DNA of 64,000 nt from an uncultured cyanobacterium. Its GTDB lineage: Bacteria; Cyanobacteriota; Cyanobacteriia; Cyanobacteriales; CAWCAG01. Positions 9,601-19,270 of this stretch are shown here, piece after piece. The notes under the pieces are model-generated. The model worked only from the letters and a program-made list of their open reading frames with translations. It made no database searches and was not told the DNA's origin. The stretch spans positions 727,525-791,524 of the forward strand of contig CAWDOD010000011.1 of NCBI GenBank assembly GCA_963803805.1. Direction: 5' to 3'. The position numbers were made by a program, and so were the translations under genes. The first letter of the stretch is position 1. Each line of letters opens with the position of its first letter.

Positions 9601-11491
9601 TACCCACGATGGTGGTGCTGATAATGATCCTTTCAGCATTGGCGATGCCAGCACTAATGGCTTAGCAGGGGGCATTAATACAGGTACTAACACCCTTGAC
9701 ACTGGCTCTTTCCCTGTCCTTCCCAATGGTGGTGCTGCTTCCGGAACACCAACAGATATTACCATCACTTCCGTCAACACTCCTCCCACCCTCGCTACAA
9801 ACTCCTTAAGCGGGGCCCAACAAGACCAACCTTTCACCTTCACCTTTGCAGACTTAAACCCAGTTACGGGAGATGTTAATAGTGATAATCTTACCTCCAT
9901 TACTATTATTTCTATTGATGCCGGTACACTGACAGTCAACGGCGTAACAGCAACAGCAGGAACGGTTATTTCTTCTGGGGATACTTTAGTTTACACACCC
10001 CCAGCAGGAACTACAGGCAGTGTAAATAGTTTTACCATCAGTGTTAGCGATGGTGTCTCTTCGACTCAGCAACCAGTAAGCATTAATGTAGCAACCATAG
10101 CCGTAGATGATCCTATTCCAGATGATCCTATTCCAGATGATATTCTTCCCGAAGAAACTCCTCTGCCAGAAGTTAATTTTGACCAACCCGTTCCCCAATT
10201 GCAAATTGACCCCATCATTCAGCAATTGGAGAAGAAATTTACTGAGGATTTTGAAGATTATTTTGGTGAAGAAGATGATAACGAAATTACTAGTTTAGAT
10301 GAAGCTAAAGATATTTTACGCAGCATCAACAGAGAAACAGGAGTTAAACCAGCCCTTATTTACGCTGCCTTTTTCCCTGCTGAATTAGCTGCACCTTCAG
10401 AAACTGAGGAGGAAAAGCAACTAGATAAGTCTAATAACTTAAAATTTCCTTCCCAAGAAAACGATCAATTAGAACTTGTTCTCGTAACTGCTGAAGGAGA
10501 AATTCTCCGCAAACCGATGCGAGGTATAACTCGTGCCAAGGTACAACAAGTTGCTAAAACCTTTCGCCGCACCATTACTAATCCTTCCCGTCCCAATGCT
10601 TACTTAGTCCCGTCCCAACAGCTATATCAATGGCTGCTTGCTCCCTTAGAAGAGGAGTTGCAGGCCCAAGGGATTAATAACATCGCCTTCATCCTTGATG
10701 CGGGGATACGTACTATACCCCTTGCTGCCCTCCATGATGGACAGCAGTTTATCTTGGAAAAATATAGCCTAGGTTTAATGCCAAGTCTTTCCCTAACTGA
10801 CACTCGCTATGTTGATGTGAAAAACATGGAAGTTTTAGCCATGGGAACCGAAACATTTTCTGATCTACCAGATTTACCCGCCGTACCCATAGAATTAAAT
10901 ACAATTGCTAACAATTTATGGCCGGGTAAATCTTTGCTGGGGGACAAATTCACTCCAGGAAATCTCAAATCAGAACGTGCTAATGTACCTTTCGGTATCA
11001 TCCACCTCGCTACCCATGCTGAATTTAATGCTGGTAAACCCAATAATTCCTATATTCAATTTTGGGACCAGAAAATCAGTTTAGATCAATTGCGTCAGCT
11101 AGGCTTAAATCAGCCTGCGGTAGAGTTGATGGTGTTGAGTGCTTGTCGTACTGCTGTGGGCAGTGTGGAATCAGAGTTAGGCTTTGCTGGGTTAGCTAAC
11201 CAAGCCGGAGTTAAATCAGCCTTGGGAAGTTTATGGACAGTCAGCGATGAGGGGACTTTAGGCTTTATGACCACACTATACGAGCAACTTAAGGTTGCTC
11301 CTATTAAAGCAGAAGCATTGCGCCAAGCACAACTGGCGATGATTAAAGGGGAAGTTAGGTTGCAAGACGGCAAGCTAATTACTCCAGAAATTGAAGTCTC
11401 TTTACCGCCCAATTTAGCTGCATTAGGGGATGAAGAGTTGAATCATCCTTATTATTGGAGTGCTTTTACTATGATAGGAAGTCCTTGGTGA
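6620..11491 (+). CDS. GT2 glycosyltransferase fused to a TpsA exoprotein (filamentous haemagglutinin N-terminal domain, beta-helix, cadherin/Ig-like domain, CHAT protease domain)
   Basis: SIVITTYNR, DDGSTD, VDSDD and EDYDL GT2 motifs; internal hydrophobic AQAQ signal; NLFHSF and NPAG TPS motifs; IHLATHAEF and LSACRT CHAT dyad; HPYYWSAFTMIGSPW end. ATG 6620 follows AAGGA; the frame is open from 6599. Confidence 0.88.
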   Translation: MVVPISIVITTYNREKFLGFAIESILRQTWLDFELLIWDDGSTDNSLAVAQNYAQEDQRIRVIAAEHQGRILALKGAIAQTQGQYLAWVDSDDLLAPTALEETLVVLEANSDTGMVYTDYWDLHDNGKVLGYGQRTKVAYSPHQLLTNFMTFHFRLIRRTVFEEVGGIDSQSLYTEDYDLCLRLSEATEIKHLAKPLYYYRSNPESFSYQKRAEQIYASYGATLRALKRRGLSDRYEAVVKTKGFGCKMEAWLGLRPLKNLATRFLNLPIKFLKTNAGLSFFPTLVTTLCLIPTLNAQAQTINSASDGTGTIVNQTGNQFNIQGGSLSGNGGNLFHSFQDFGLSASQTANFLSQPGINNILGRVVGGNASVINGLIQITGSNANLFLMNPAGMVFGSNAQLNIPGSFTATTATGIGFEGGTFNSVGTSDYNSLVGNPNAFVFNSLQPGAIINAGDLAVTTGNNLSLIGGTVASTGTLQAQGGNITISAVPGSTRVRINQAGHILSLEIEPPTNAQGDPLPIVPLMLPELLTGSDVGDTGLEVNPQGEARLRNSDTTVGVGDVAANQLTAESATLTAASNLTLVESNLQTTGDLNLKAKDTVYARDSANAPLQIKAGGNLYIQGDKGIDILALQHTQTPFVSGGNLSLVSDGIISGDAHYLSGGNFSILNLQGDGGNFVSFYDPIISSTGDVTFGNYTGVSLKVETLGSINGGNIIINGADTPGAIPTSDPHFTVLTTGNGGLVLQAGKTSLDNTANTPQTTGGTTFNGSGTPTTGSINVGDIDVGFDGFTHYGGPVIIEATGNVQTGNISTFNNDDFVVGSDLRGDITITTTGNITTGAIDSSTNLNFPSNDQSFGGDINLIAGGQITTGDINSSAVTETFGGAEATGGNVTLTAGTTLTTGTINASALAQENDGGGPTLARGGNVILTGGSTPGSNIIFGGIDTTAIGILGLGSNQGFGGQVTVTASNGTVRGLLGGNTVATGGTTQGGDVSITHDGGADNDPFSIGDASTNGLAGGINTGTNTLDTGSFPVLPNGGAASGTPTDITITSVNTPPTLATNSLSGAQQDQPFTFTFADLNPVTGDVNSDNLTSITIISIDAGTLTVNGVTATAGTVISSGDTLVYTPPAGTTGSVNSFTISVSDGVSSTQQPVSINVATIAVDDPIPDDPIPDDILPEETPLPEVNFDQPVPQLQIDPIIQQLEKKFTEDFEDYFGEEDDNEITSLDEAKDILRSINRETGVKPALIYAAFFPAELAAPSETEEEKQLDKSNNLKFPSQENDQLELVLVTAEGEILRKPMRGITRAKVQQVAKTFRRTITNPSRPNAYLVPSQQLYQWLLAPLEEELQAQGINNIAFILDAGIRTIPLAALHDGQQFILEKYSLGLMPSLSLTDTRYVDVKNMEVLAMGTETFSDLPDLPAVPIELNTIANNLWPGKSLLGDKFTPGNLKSERANVPFGIIHLATHAEFNAGKPNNSYIQFWDQKISLDQLRQLGLNQPAVELMVLSACRTAVGSVESELGFAGLANQAGVKSALGSLWTVSDEGTLGFMTTLYEQLKVAPIKAEALRQAQLAMIKGEVRLQDGKLITPEIEVSLPPNLAALGDEELNHPYYWSAFTMIGSPW

Positions 11492-11532
11492 TTGAATAAT
11501 ACCAAAGCGCTATTTGGTAGCACAGGTTATTT

Positions 11533-11650
11533 GTAAGAGAGAACCAAGAAAAGACTTATCCAAAAGCGATAAGCTAATGGCTAGTTGCTAGTTGCTAGTT
11601 GCTAAAATCTTATACTTGGTGAGGATATTTTATTTATTAGAGTTCTCTAA
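11533..11650 (+). repeat. 118-bp dispersed MITE-like element, copy 2
   Basis: Inverted copy of 5610-5727 with only a few substitutions. Confidence 0.85.
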
Positions 11651-11738
11651 GAGTAGTGTTCTCCTTGACGTTACAACGGATCAATCAACGGGAATATTAA
11701 CCTTACAGAAGTTGTTAAAGCCCAAGGATAAGTCATAG

Positions 11739-14700
11739 ATGAATTTAGCAATAGATTTTATGAGCGGACTTGTGGGATACCGTCTCGTTAAGGAATTATA
11801 CAATAGCTCTAGAACTATTGTTTGTCGAGCCGTTCGCGTAGAAGATGAGTATCCTGTCGTCGTTAAACTGTTAAAGCGAGACTATCCTAGTTTTCCTGAA
11901 CTGCTGCAATTCCGTAACCAATATACTATTACCAAAAATCTTGACCTACCTGGGGTTATTAAAACCTACGCTTTGGAGAATTGCCGCAACAGCTATGCCC
12001 TGATAACAGAGGATTTTGGCGGTATATCTCTCAAAGAGTATGCCCTAACCCATCCTCTACAAATAGGTGAATTTTTAGCGATCGCTCTACAACTGTCTGA
12101 AAGCCTCAATGGACTTTACCATCATCGTATCATTCACAAAGATATCAAGCCTGCCAATATTCTCATCAATGCCGACACCAAACAAGTAAAATTAATTGAC
12201 TTTAGCATTGCTTCACTGCTACCCAAAGAAACCCAAGAAATCAGCAATCCTAATGTCCTCGAAGGAACCCTCGCTTATATTTCCCCGGAACAAACGGGGC
12301 GAATGAATCGGGGTATCGATTACCGAACTGATTTTTATTCGGTTGGAGTTACTTTCTATGAACTACTAACTGGAAAGTTACCCTTTGTCTCCAATGAGGT
12401 AATGGAGTTGGTGCATTGTCATTTGGCTAAACAACCTCCGGCATTAGGGGGACGGGGAGAGATTCCCCAGGTGTTGTCAGACCTTGTGATGAAGTTGATG
12501 GCGAAGAATGCTGAAGAGCGCTATCAGAGTGCTTTGGGGTTGAAGTCTGATTTAGAGAATTGTTTATCTCAATGGCAGAAACAAGGGAAGATTGCGACGT
12601 TTACATTGGGAGAAAGGGATATATGCGATCGCTTCATCATCCCCGAAAAACTCTACGGCAGGGAAGCAGAAGTTGCTCAGTTATTAGAAGCCTTTGAGAG
12701 AGTTAGCAATCTGATATCAGATACCAAATATCAGAAATCAGTTCAATCTGTTTGTCCGCGAAGTGAATTAATGCTGGTTGCTGGATTTTCTGGCATTGGC
12801 AAAACAGCAGTGATTAATGAAGTTCATAAACCCATCACCAAAAAACGAGGCTATTTCATTAAAGGCAAGTTTGATCAATTTAATCGCAACATTCCTTTTT
12901 CGGCTTTTGTCCAAGCTTTTCGTAGTTTAATGGGACAATTGCTAGGGGAATCTGATCTCGAACTCGCCAATTGGCAAAGGCAAATCCTCAAAGCAGTAGG
13001 AGAAAACGGACAAGTTATTATTGATGTGATTCCTGAGTTGGAACGTATCATTGGACAACAACCCAGGGTTCCTGAACTGTCAGGCATTGCAGCACAAAAT
13101 CGCTTTAACCTGCTGTTTGGGCAATTTGTGAATGTATTCACAACCAAAGAACATCCCCTCGTAATTTTCCTTGATGACTTGCAGTGGGCAGATTCAGCCT
13201 CTTTGAACCTGCTGAAATTGCTCATGGACGAGTCAGAAGCAGGCTATCTACTGGTGTTAGGAGCCTATCGTGATAACGAAGTTTTTCCTACCCATCCGTT
13301 GATGCTGACTCTAGATGAACTTCAACAACAGGGTAGAAAGATTAATACCCTGACCCTAGCCCCCTTAAACGAAGTGAATATTACTCGTTTGGTTGCTGAT
13401 ACGTTGCTATGTAAAACGGAAATCGCTGCGCCATTATCCCAACTAGTCTATCAAAAGACCCAGGGGAACCCATTCTTTACAACCCAATTTTTGCAAGGGT
13501 TACATGAGGATGGCTGTATCACCTTTGCTCCTGATTTGGGTTACTGGCAGTGCAACTTGACCAAGGTGCGGCAGTTGGCACTAACGGATGATGTGGTAGC
13601 GTTTATGGTGGGACGGTTGCGAAAGCTGCCGGCGATCACCCAGGAAGTCTTGAAACTGGCGGCTTGTATTGGTAACTGTTTTGACTTGCCAACCTTAGGG
13701 ATGGTGTGCGATCGCAACCAAGAAGAAGTAGCAACAAATTTATGGAAAGGATTACAAGAGGGCTTTGTAATCCCAGAAAGCGAAACTTATAAGTTTTTTC
13801 AAGGAGAACAGAATCAAAATCAGACTATTGAAGACATTACCGTTGGCTATCGTTTTTTACATGATCGCGTCCAACAAGCAGCTTACTCCCTGATTCCCAA
13901 AACCGAGCGGGGAATTGCCCATTATCAAATTGGACAACTGCTACTGCAAAAGATACCTCCAGAAGCACGAGAAGAGCGTATTTTTGAACTCATCAATCAA
14001 CTCAACCATGGTACAAACCTAATCACCGAGCAAAAAGAACGAGACGATTTGGCTCAACTAAATCTTACCGCTTGCCGTAAAGCCAGGGCAGCCACAGCCT
14101 ATCAAGCCGCTTATGATTATGCCACCATCGGCATCACTTTGCTCAGAGAAAAGCCTTGGCAACGACAGTATGGGATGACCTTAACCCTCCATGAATTAGC
14201 CGCAGAAATCGCCTCCCTAACCGGAGAATTTGAGGAGATGGAAGCTTGGATTGAAGCGGTAGTCCATCATAGCAAAACCTCACTGGACAGAATACAAACC
14301 TATCAAGTTAAAATTCAAGCCCTCACCTCTCGTAATGAATTTGTTGAAGCGATTGCCACCGGGAAATTTGTCCTGGAACTATTGGGGGCCACTTTGCCCG
14401 ATACTCCTACCCTGGAGGATGTACAACAAGCAAGGCAAGAAATTACGGACTTAATTGGCGATCGCTCAGTAGCCGAATTTGTCCATCTGCCCCAGATGAA
14501 AGAGCCAGAAAAGCTAGCCATTCTACAAATTTCTACGAGCCTCATCCCCGCTTGTTATATGACGGGTTCCATGCTCTATTTGTTAATTGTACCCCTTCAG
14601 GTCAAATTATCAATCCAATTTGGCAACAGTTTATTTTCTCCCTATAGCTATGCCAGCTACGCCTTTCAACTCAGTACCACCTGGCAAGATATGGCCATTG

Positions 14701-17150
14701 CCCAACGATTTGGGCAATTGGCCTATCACCTTGCTTCAGAACCAGAGGCGAAAAATATTCGTGCTGCCACTTTTATCGTTTTGGGGGGCTATTTTTATCA
14801 CTGCACTAGCCATCTCAGAAAGACATTGCCGATCCTGATTGAAGGCATTCAAGCAGGCTTAGAAACTGGCAACTTAGAATTCTTTGGCTACAACGTTCAA
14901 AACTTTGGTGTCAACGCTTTCTGGAGTTGTCAATCTTTAGCAGACTATGAAACCCAGATTCATAGCTACCATCAGCAATTGCTCAGCCTCAACCAAGTAA
15001 CCACCTCCAATCATTGTTTCATTTACTGGCAATCGGCCCTAACCCTATTAGGCAACTCAGAAGGAGAAATCATCTTACGCCAAGATATCTATGAAGAAAA
15101 AATTATAACTGAAGCCCTTGCTGCGAATGATACGTGGCGATTATTTCAATTTTATTTTTACCGCTTAGCCACCGGATTTATTTTAGACCAATTGCCCGAA
15201 GTGCAACAAGATGCCAATCGCGCCCGACAGTACTTAAGTGGATGTGTCGGCAGTGCGGCTGAGCCAATTTTCTACTTTTACGACTCATTAATCGCTCTTA
15301 CCGAATTGGAGGAAACCTCTTTAAACTCAGAGACGCAATGGCAGCGGCTGCAAGACAATCAAGAGATTTTGCACAAATGGGCAAGCCATGCTCCCATGAA
15401 TTACTTACACAAATGGCAACTTGTGGAAGCAGAACGGCAACGGGTATTAGGGGGAATTCCAGAAGCAATAGAATATTACGAACAAGCCATTATGGGAGCT
15501 AAAGAAAACGAATACATCCAAGAAGAAGCCTTAGCCAACGAACTTGCTGCTAAATTCTACCTCAATTGGGGTAAAGAAAAAGTAGCGAGCGGTTATATGC
15601 AAGAAGCTTACTATTGCTATGCTCATTGGGGAGCTAAAGCTAAAGTTTCTAATCTCGAAAGCAACTATTCTCAACTACTAGCTCCAATTCTTAATCAGCC
15701 CCAGTCTGTCTCTAGCAGCGAAGAAAGCATTCTCGAATCTACTAGCAATTATGAAAAATCCTCTTCTACCATCTCCTTAGCCTTAGATTTCGCTGCTCTC
15801 CTCAAAGCTTCTCAGAGCCTTTCTAAGGAGATTGAACTTGATAAGTTGCTTGCTGCCTTACTGAAACTTATCATTGAAAATGCTGGAGCCAATAAATGTG
15901 TCCTCATGCTCAATAAAGCCGGGCAGTTGCAAGTAGAAGCGGTTATGGTACTAGGACAATCACCCCATGTCATGAAATTAGTTCCTGTTGAAGCCAGCCG
16001 AAATATTGCCCGTAACCTAATCAACACTGTGAAGCGAACGTTAAAATCTACTGTGATTATGGATGCTACGGTGCATCCTTCCTTAAGCAACGACTCTTAC
16101 GTTCAACAACATCAACCCAAAAGTTTGTTATGTACTCCCCTGCTTTACCAGGGCAAGTTGTTAGGTATAGTTTACTTGGAAAATAACCTAGTTGTAGGAG
16201 CCTTCACCGCTAACCGAGTAGAGGTTGTTAACTTGCTTTGTACCCAGGCAGCTATTTCCATTGAGAATGCCCAACTCTATCAACAACTAGAAGCATATTC
16301 CCATACCTTAGAAGAAAAAGTAGAAGCTAGAACTAAACAACTTAAAGTAGCTCAACGACAAATCATTTCTCAAGAAAAACTCGCTTCATTAGGAGCTTTA
16401 ACCGCAGGTGTGGCACACGAACTACGCAACCCCCTCAACTTTGTCAATAACTATGCTGAAGGTTCTGCTGAGTTGAGTGTAGACTTACTAGAAGCCATTG
16501 AAGAACAATCAGCAGTTATCAACCCAGAAGATTTGGAGTATCTTAAGGAGATTGTCGTTGATCTTAAAGATAATGCTGCTGCTATTCAACAACATGGCCG
16601 AAGAGCTGCCAGTATTATCCTCAACATGATGCAACACAGTCGTAGCGATGATAGTGTTTATCAAAAAACTAACCTTAATAAACTTCTAGAAGAAGCTAGG
16701 CAGTTAGCTTACCACAGTAAAAGAAGTATTGATAATCACTTCAATATAACTTTTGCTACCCACTACGACGAGTCCATTGGAGAAGTTGAAGTATTTTCTT
16801 CTTCTTTGAACCGTGCTTTCATTAACCTGATCGATAATGCTTGTTATGCTGCTTGGATGAAGTATCAAGAGCAAGGAGAACCCTTTATTCCTAAGTTGTC
16901 CCTAACAACGAGGAAATTAACAGAACAGGTAGAAATCCGCATCCGCGACAATGGTATAGGAATTTCCCAGGAAATAGTAGAAAAAATTTTCAATCCTTTC
17001 TTTACCACTAAACCTACCGGAGAGGGAACGGGATTAGGATTATCCCTAACCCATGAAATAATTGTTGGACAGCATAGGGGAAGTTTGCAAGTAGAAACAG
17101 AACTAAGCAGTTTTACAGAGTTTATTCTTACCCTACCTGCCGGAAAGTAA
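11739..17150 (+). CDS. Trifunctional Ser/Thr kinase / AAA (STAND-like) ATPase / GAF / histidine kinase (HstK type)
   Basis: HKDIKPANIL, GFSGIGKT Walker A, FLDDLQWAD, GNPFF, GAF domain, AHELRNPL H-box, DNGIG and GTGLGL. Confidence 0.93.
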   Translation: MNLAIDFMSGLVGYRLVKELYNSSRTIVCRAVRVEDEYPVVVKLLKRDYPSFPELLQFRNQYTITKNLDLPGVIKTYALENCRNSYALITEDFGGISLKEYALTHPLQIGEFLAIALQLSESLNGLYHHRIIHKDIKPANILINADTKQVKLIDFSIASLLPKETQEISNPNVLEGTLAYISPEQTGRMNRGIDYRTDFYSVGVTFYELLTGKLPFVSNEVMELVHCHLAKQPPALGGRGEIPQVLSDLVMKLMAKNAEERYQSALGLKSDLENCLSQWQKQGKIATFTLGERDICDRFIIPEKLYGREAEVAQLLEAFERVSNLISDTKYQKSVQSVCPRSELMLVAGFSGIGKTAVINEVHKPITKKRGYFIKGKFDQFNRNIPFSAFVQAFRSLMGQLLGESDLELANWQRQILKAVGENGQVIIDVIPELERIIGQQPRVPELSGIAAQNRFNLLFGQFVNVFTTKEHPLVIFLDDLQWADSASLNLLKLLMDESEAGYLLVLGAYRDNEVFPTHPLMLTLDELQQQGRKINTLTLAPLNEVNITRLVADTLLCKTEIAAPLSQLVYQKTQGNPFFTTQFLQGLHEDGCITFAPDLGYWQCNLTKVRQLALTDDVVAFMVGRLRKLPAITQEVLKLAACIGNCFDLPTLGMVCDRNQEEVATNLWKGLQEGFVIPESETYKFFQGEQNQNQTIEDITVGYRFLHDRVQQAAYSLIPKTERGIAHYQIGQLLLQKIPPEAREERIFELINQLNHGTNLITEQKERDDLAQLNLTACRKARAATAYQAAYDYATIGITLLREKPWQRQYGMTLTLHELAAEIASLTGEFEEMEAWIEAVVHHSKTSLDRIQTYQVKIQALTSRNEFVEAIATGKFVLELLGATLPDTPTLEDVQQARQEITDLIGDRSVAEFVHLPQMKEPEKLAILQISTSLIPACYMTGSMLYLLIVPLQVKLSIQFGNSLFSPYSYASYAFQLSTTWQDMAIAQRFGQLAYHLASEPEAKNIRAATFIVLGGYFYHCTSHLRKTLPILIEGIQAGLETGNLEFFGYNVQNFGVNAFWSCQSLADYETQIHSYHQQLLSLNQVTTSNHCFIYWQSALTLLGNSEGEIILRQDIYEEKIITEALAANDTWRLFQFYFYRLATGFILDQLPEVQQDANRARQYLSGCVGSAAEPIFYFYDSLIALTELEETSLNSETQWQRLQDNQEILHKWASHAPMNYLHKWQLVEAERQRVLGGIPEAIEYYEQAIMGAKENEYIQEEALANELAAKFYLNWGKEKVASGYMQEAYYCYAHWGAKAKVSNLESNYSQLLAPILNQPQSVSSSEESILESTSNYEKSSSTISLALDFAALLKASQSLSKEIELDKLLAALLKLIIENAGANKCVLMLNKAGQLQVEAVMVLGQSPHVMKLVPVEASRNIARNLINTVKRTLKSTVIMDATVHPSLSNDSYVQQHQPKSLLCTPLLYQGKLLGIVYLENNLVVGAFTANRVEVVNLLCTQAAISIENAQLYQQLEAYSHTLEEKVEARTKQLKVAQRQIISQEKLASLGALTAGVAHELRNPLNFVNNYAEGSAELSVDLLEAIEEQSAVINPEDLEYLKEIVVDLKDNAAAIQQHGRRAASIILNMMQHSRSDDSVYQKTNLNKLLEEARQLAYHSKRSIDNHFNITFATHYDESIGEVEVFSSSLNRAFINLIDNACYAAWMKYQEQGEPFIPKLSLTTRKLTEQVEIRIRDNGIGISQEIVEKIFNPFFTTKPTGEGTGLGLSLTHEIIVGQHRGSLQVETELSSFTEFILTLPAGK

Positions 17151-17207
17151 TGGGAGCAAGGAGCAGAAAAGAGTTACAGCTTATTACTCATATACCCTAA
17201 TCATTGA

Positions 17208-17801
17208 TTAAGAGCTATAGCGCTCTTCTGCCCAAGGTTCTCCCCTGGTGTGGTAGCCGTTGCGTTCCCAGAAGCCTAATTCTTCTTCTTTAAGGAATTC
17301 TAAGCCATTAATCCATTTAGCGCTTTTCCAGGCGTAAATGTGGGGGATGACAGTCCGCATGGGGCCACCATGTTCTGGGGGTAAAGGTTCACCAAACAGG
17401 GTATGAGCAAAGAAATTATCCTCTCGGATAAAATCATCAATAGCCACATTAGTGGTATAACCACCGTAACAATGTTCCAGGACATGGTTAACTTGAGGGT
17501 CAAGATCCAATAATTCCATGAAATCTGTAATCTTAATTCCAGTCCATTGCACATCTAACTTTGACCAACGAGTGACGCAATGAAAGTCTTTGGTAAAGTT
17601 GTGTTGTGGCAAACTCAGCATATCTGACCAACTAAAGGTTTTTGGTTCTACTAAACCCCAAACTTTAAGTTCCCATGTAGACTGATCAACTTTAGGAGTT
17701 GCCCCATAGGTGAGAACCGGAAAGCCATTGGTAAGATATTGCCCAGGAGGAGTGCGATCGCTGTTTTCTGGATCTGGTTTATTAAAAAATTTCCCTAACA
17801 T
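17208..17801 (-). CDS. Sulfite oxidase-like molybdopterin oxidoreductase
   Basis: PPGQ, DFHCVTRWS, EHGGP.R, WKSAKW and GFWERNGYH motifs. Confidence 0.9.
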   Translation of the reverse strand: MLGKFFNKPDPENSDRTPPGQYLTNGFPVLTYGATPKVDQSTWELKVWGLVEPKTFSWSDMLSLPQHNFTKDFHCVTRWSKLDVQWTGIKITDFMELLDLDPQVNHVLEHCYGGYTTNVAIDDFIREDNFFAHTLFGEPLPPEHGGPMRTVIPHIYAWKSAKWINGLEFLKEEELGFWERNGYHTRGEPWAEERYSS

Positions 17802-17921
17802 AGTTGTTTGAATAATTGCTAATTGCTAATTGCTAGTTATTAATTGGGTGACAAGGTGACTAATCTTCAATATCACCTTATCTTCCCCTTTTGACTTTTG
17901 ACTTTTAACTTTTGACTTAAT

Positions 17922-18098
17922 TTAATCTTCGTCGTCTTCTTCCTCAGCTTCAGGATAAACAAAGCTATTAGAACGCCCTGTAAGTATAGATTTCCCTAAA
18001 GAGAGAGCTTTTTGTGCTTCGAGTTCTGCTTTACGCTTCCAGTGACTTCTACGTTTATTACGTTTAGATTTGGATGTTTTCTTCTTTGGTACTGCCAT
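17922..18098 (-). CDS. rpmF: 50S ribosomal protein L32 (absent from the ORF track; 58 aa)
   Basis: Manual translation [58 protein letters not shown]. Confidence 0.97.
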   Translation of the reverse strand: MAVPKKKTSKSKRNKRRSHWKRKAELEAQKALSLGKSILTGRSNSFVYPEAEEEDDED

Positions 18099-18168
18099 GG
18101 TTATAAGTAATTAAGTTCAGGATAACCTTTATATTTTAAGAGATTGAGAGTCGATTATTTTGTCTTGA

Positions 18169-19055
18169 TTATGGATTAGTAGTTTCTGGTTGCTCATCCC
18201 TGTCATCTTCATCTAGTTCTATACCAGCATTCGTGCCATCATTTTCTGTTCCTTGATCAGTAGGAGAACGATCCCTGTTTTCGGCATCACTTTCTGAAGT
18301 GTTTGTGGGAGTAGAACCAGATTCATCTTCATCTAGTTCTATACCAGCATTCGTGCCATCATTTTCTGTCCCTTGATCAGTAGGAGAAAGATCCCTGTTT
18401 TCGGCATCACTTTCTGAAGTATTTGTGGGAGTGGAACCAGATTCATCGTCTGAAGTTGGTGTTGTTACTGGTGGCTCAACTGAGCGCCTAGGAACCCCGT
18501 TAGAAGGCGGCCTAAAGTTTCTCCTGTGGGAGGTACACCTTGAGGTACTGGCAAATTACCACCATTACGGGGGGCGGGGGTTGGGGCAGATCCTCCTGTT
18601 GTATCTTCTGTATCAATAGCAGTTTCAAAGTTGAGTAATGCCTCAGCGTTGGGCATATAACTAACCCAGAATTGAGCATCTGGTTGCTTGTTCCATTCTT
18701 GGCGAGTTACTTCTACCATCATTATTGGTGCGATCGCTCCTTTGTTTTCCCCAGAAATAGTTACTTTAACTTCGGTAATTAAAATATCTTTATCAAAGCT
18801 ACGTTGCACCGCAGCCCTAGCAACAGCTAATCCCCTGGCTAACATGGTCTGATAAGTTTCCCCCGGTTGACGGTTAAGATTAACATCAACACGGGCTACA
18901 TAAGCTTGGGCAACTTGAGGAGTTATGGTTTCTAAACTTAACCAACTTATACCCGTCATACCAACGATGGTAGCTGCTCCTAGGGCAGGAAAACTTCTTG
19001 ATTTTGAGGTAAACTGACTAAACGCTTTGGTATTATTTACTTTTACTTTTGACAT
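18169..19055 (-). CDS. Conserved cyanobacterial secreted hypothetical protein with a Pro/acidic tail, split by a 1-bp frameshift near 18510
   Basis: AQAYVARVDV...RAAVQRSFD core; a -1 shift restores PPSNGVPRRSVEPPVTTPTSDDES..., open to TAA at 18169; span 887 nt = 3n+2. Confidence 0.7.
18203..18447. repeat. Two tandem 120-bp repeats encoding an acidic 40-aa unit on the minus strand
   Basis: TCATCTTCATCTAGTTC begins at both 18203 and 18323; unit DESGSTPTNTSESDAENRD.SPTDQGTENDGTNAGIELDE. Confidence 0.9.
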
Positions 19056-19270
19056 TATCTATTAACTCTAGTGATTTTCTTAGGGGACTTACAATAGTTA
19101 GTGAACTAAAATCGTTCACCGGAACTATTGACAGTTCTAAAAGCAGTACTAATTATTAATTATTTTTCTTTTTAAGTTAATTTTTCTACTACTTAAGGGC
19201 TGATAATCGTTTTTGGCTCCAAGCAATTTCTGAAAATTAGCTGCTTATAAACCATTGAGGCAGACAGTAG

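Noticed and set aside
10106-10141. 15-bp duplication (DDPIP x2) in the TpsA linker
   Set aside because: Ordinary in-frame slippage in a low-complexity linker
8870-11412. Antisense ORFs within TpsA genes (also 24475-26178) and other shadow ORFs
   Set aside because: Reverse-frame by-products of Gly/Thr/Asn-rich coding sequence with no independent motifs
18203-18447. 120-bp direct repeats as CRISPR repeats or att sites
   Set aside because: Contiguous tandem copies, length a multiple of three, coding on the minus strand
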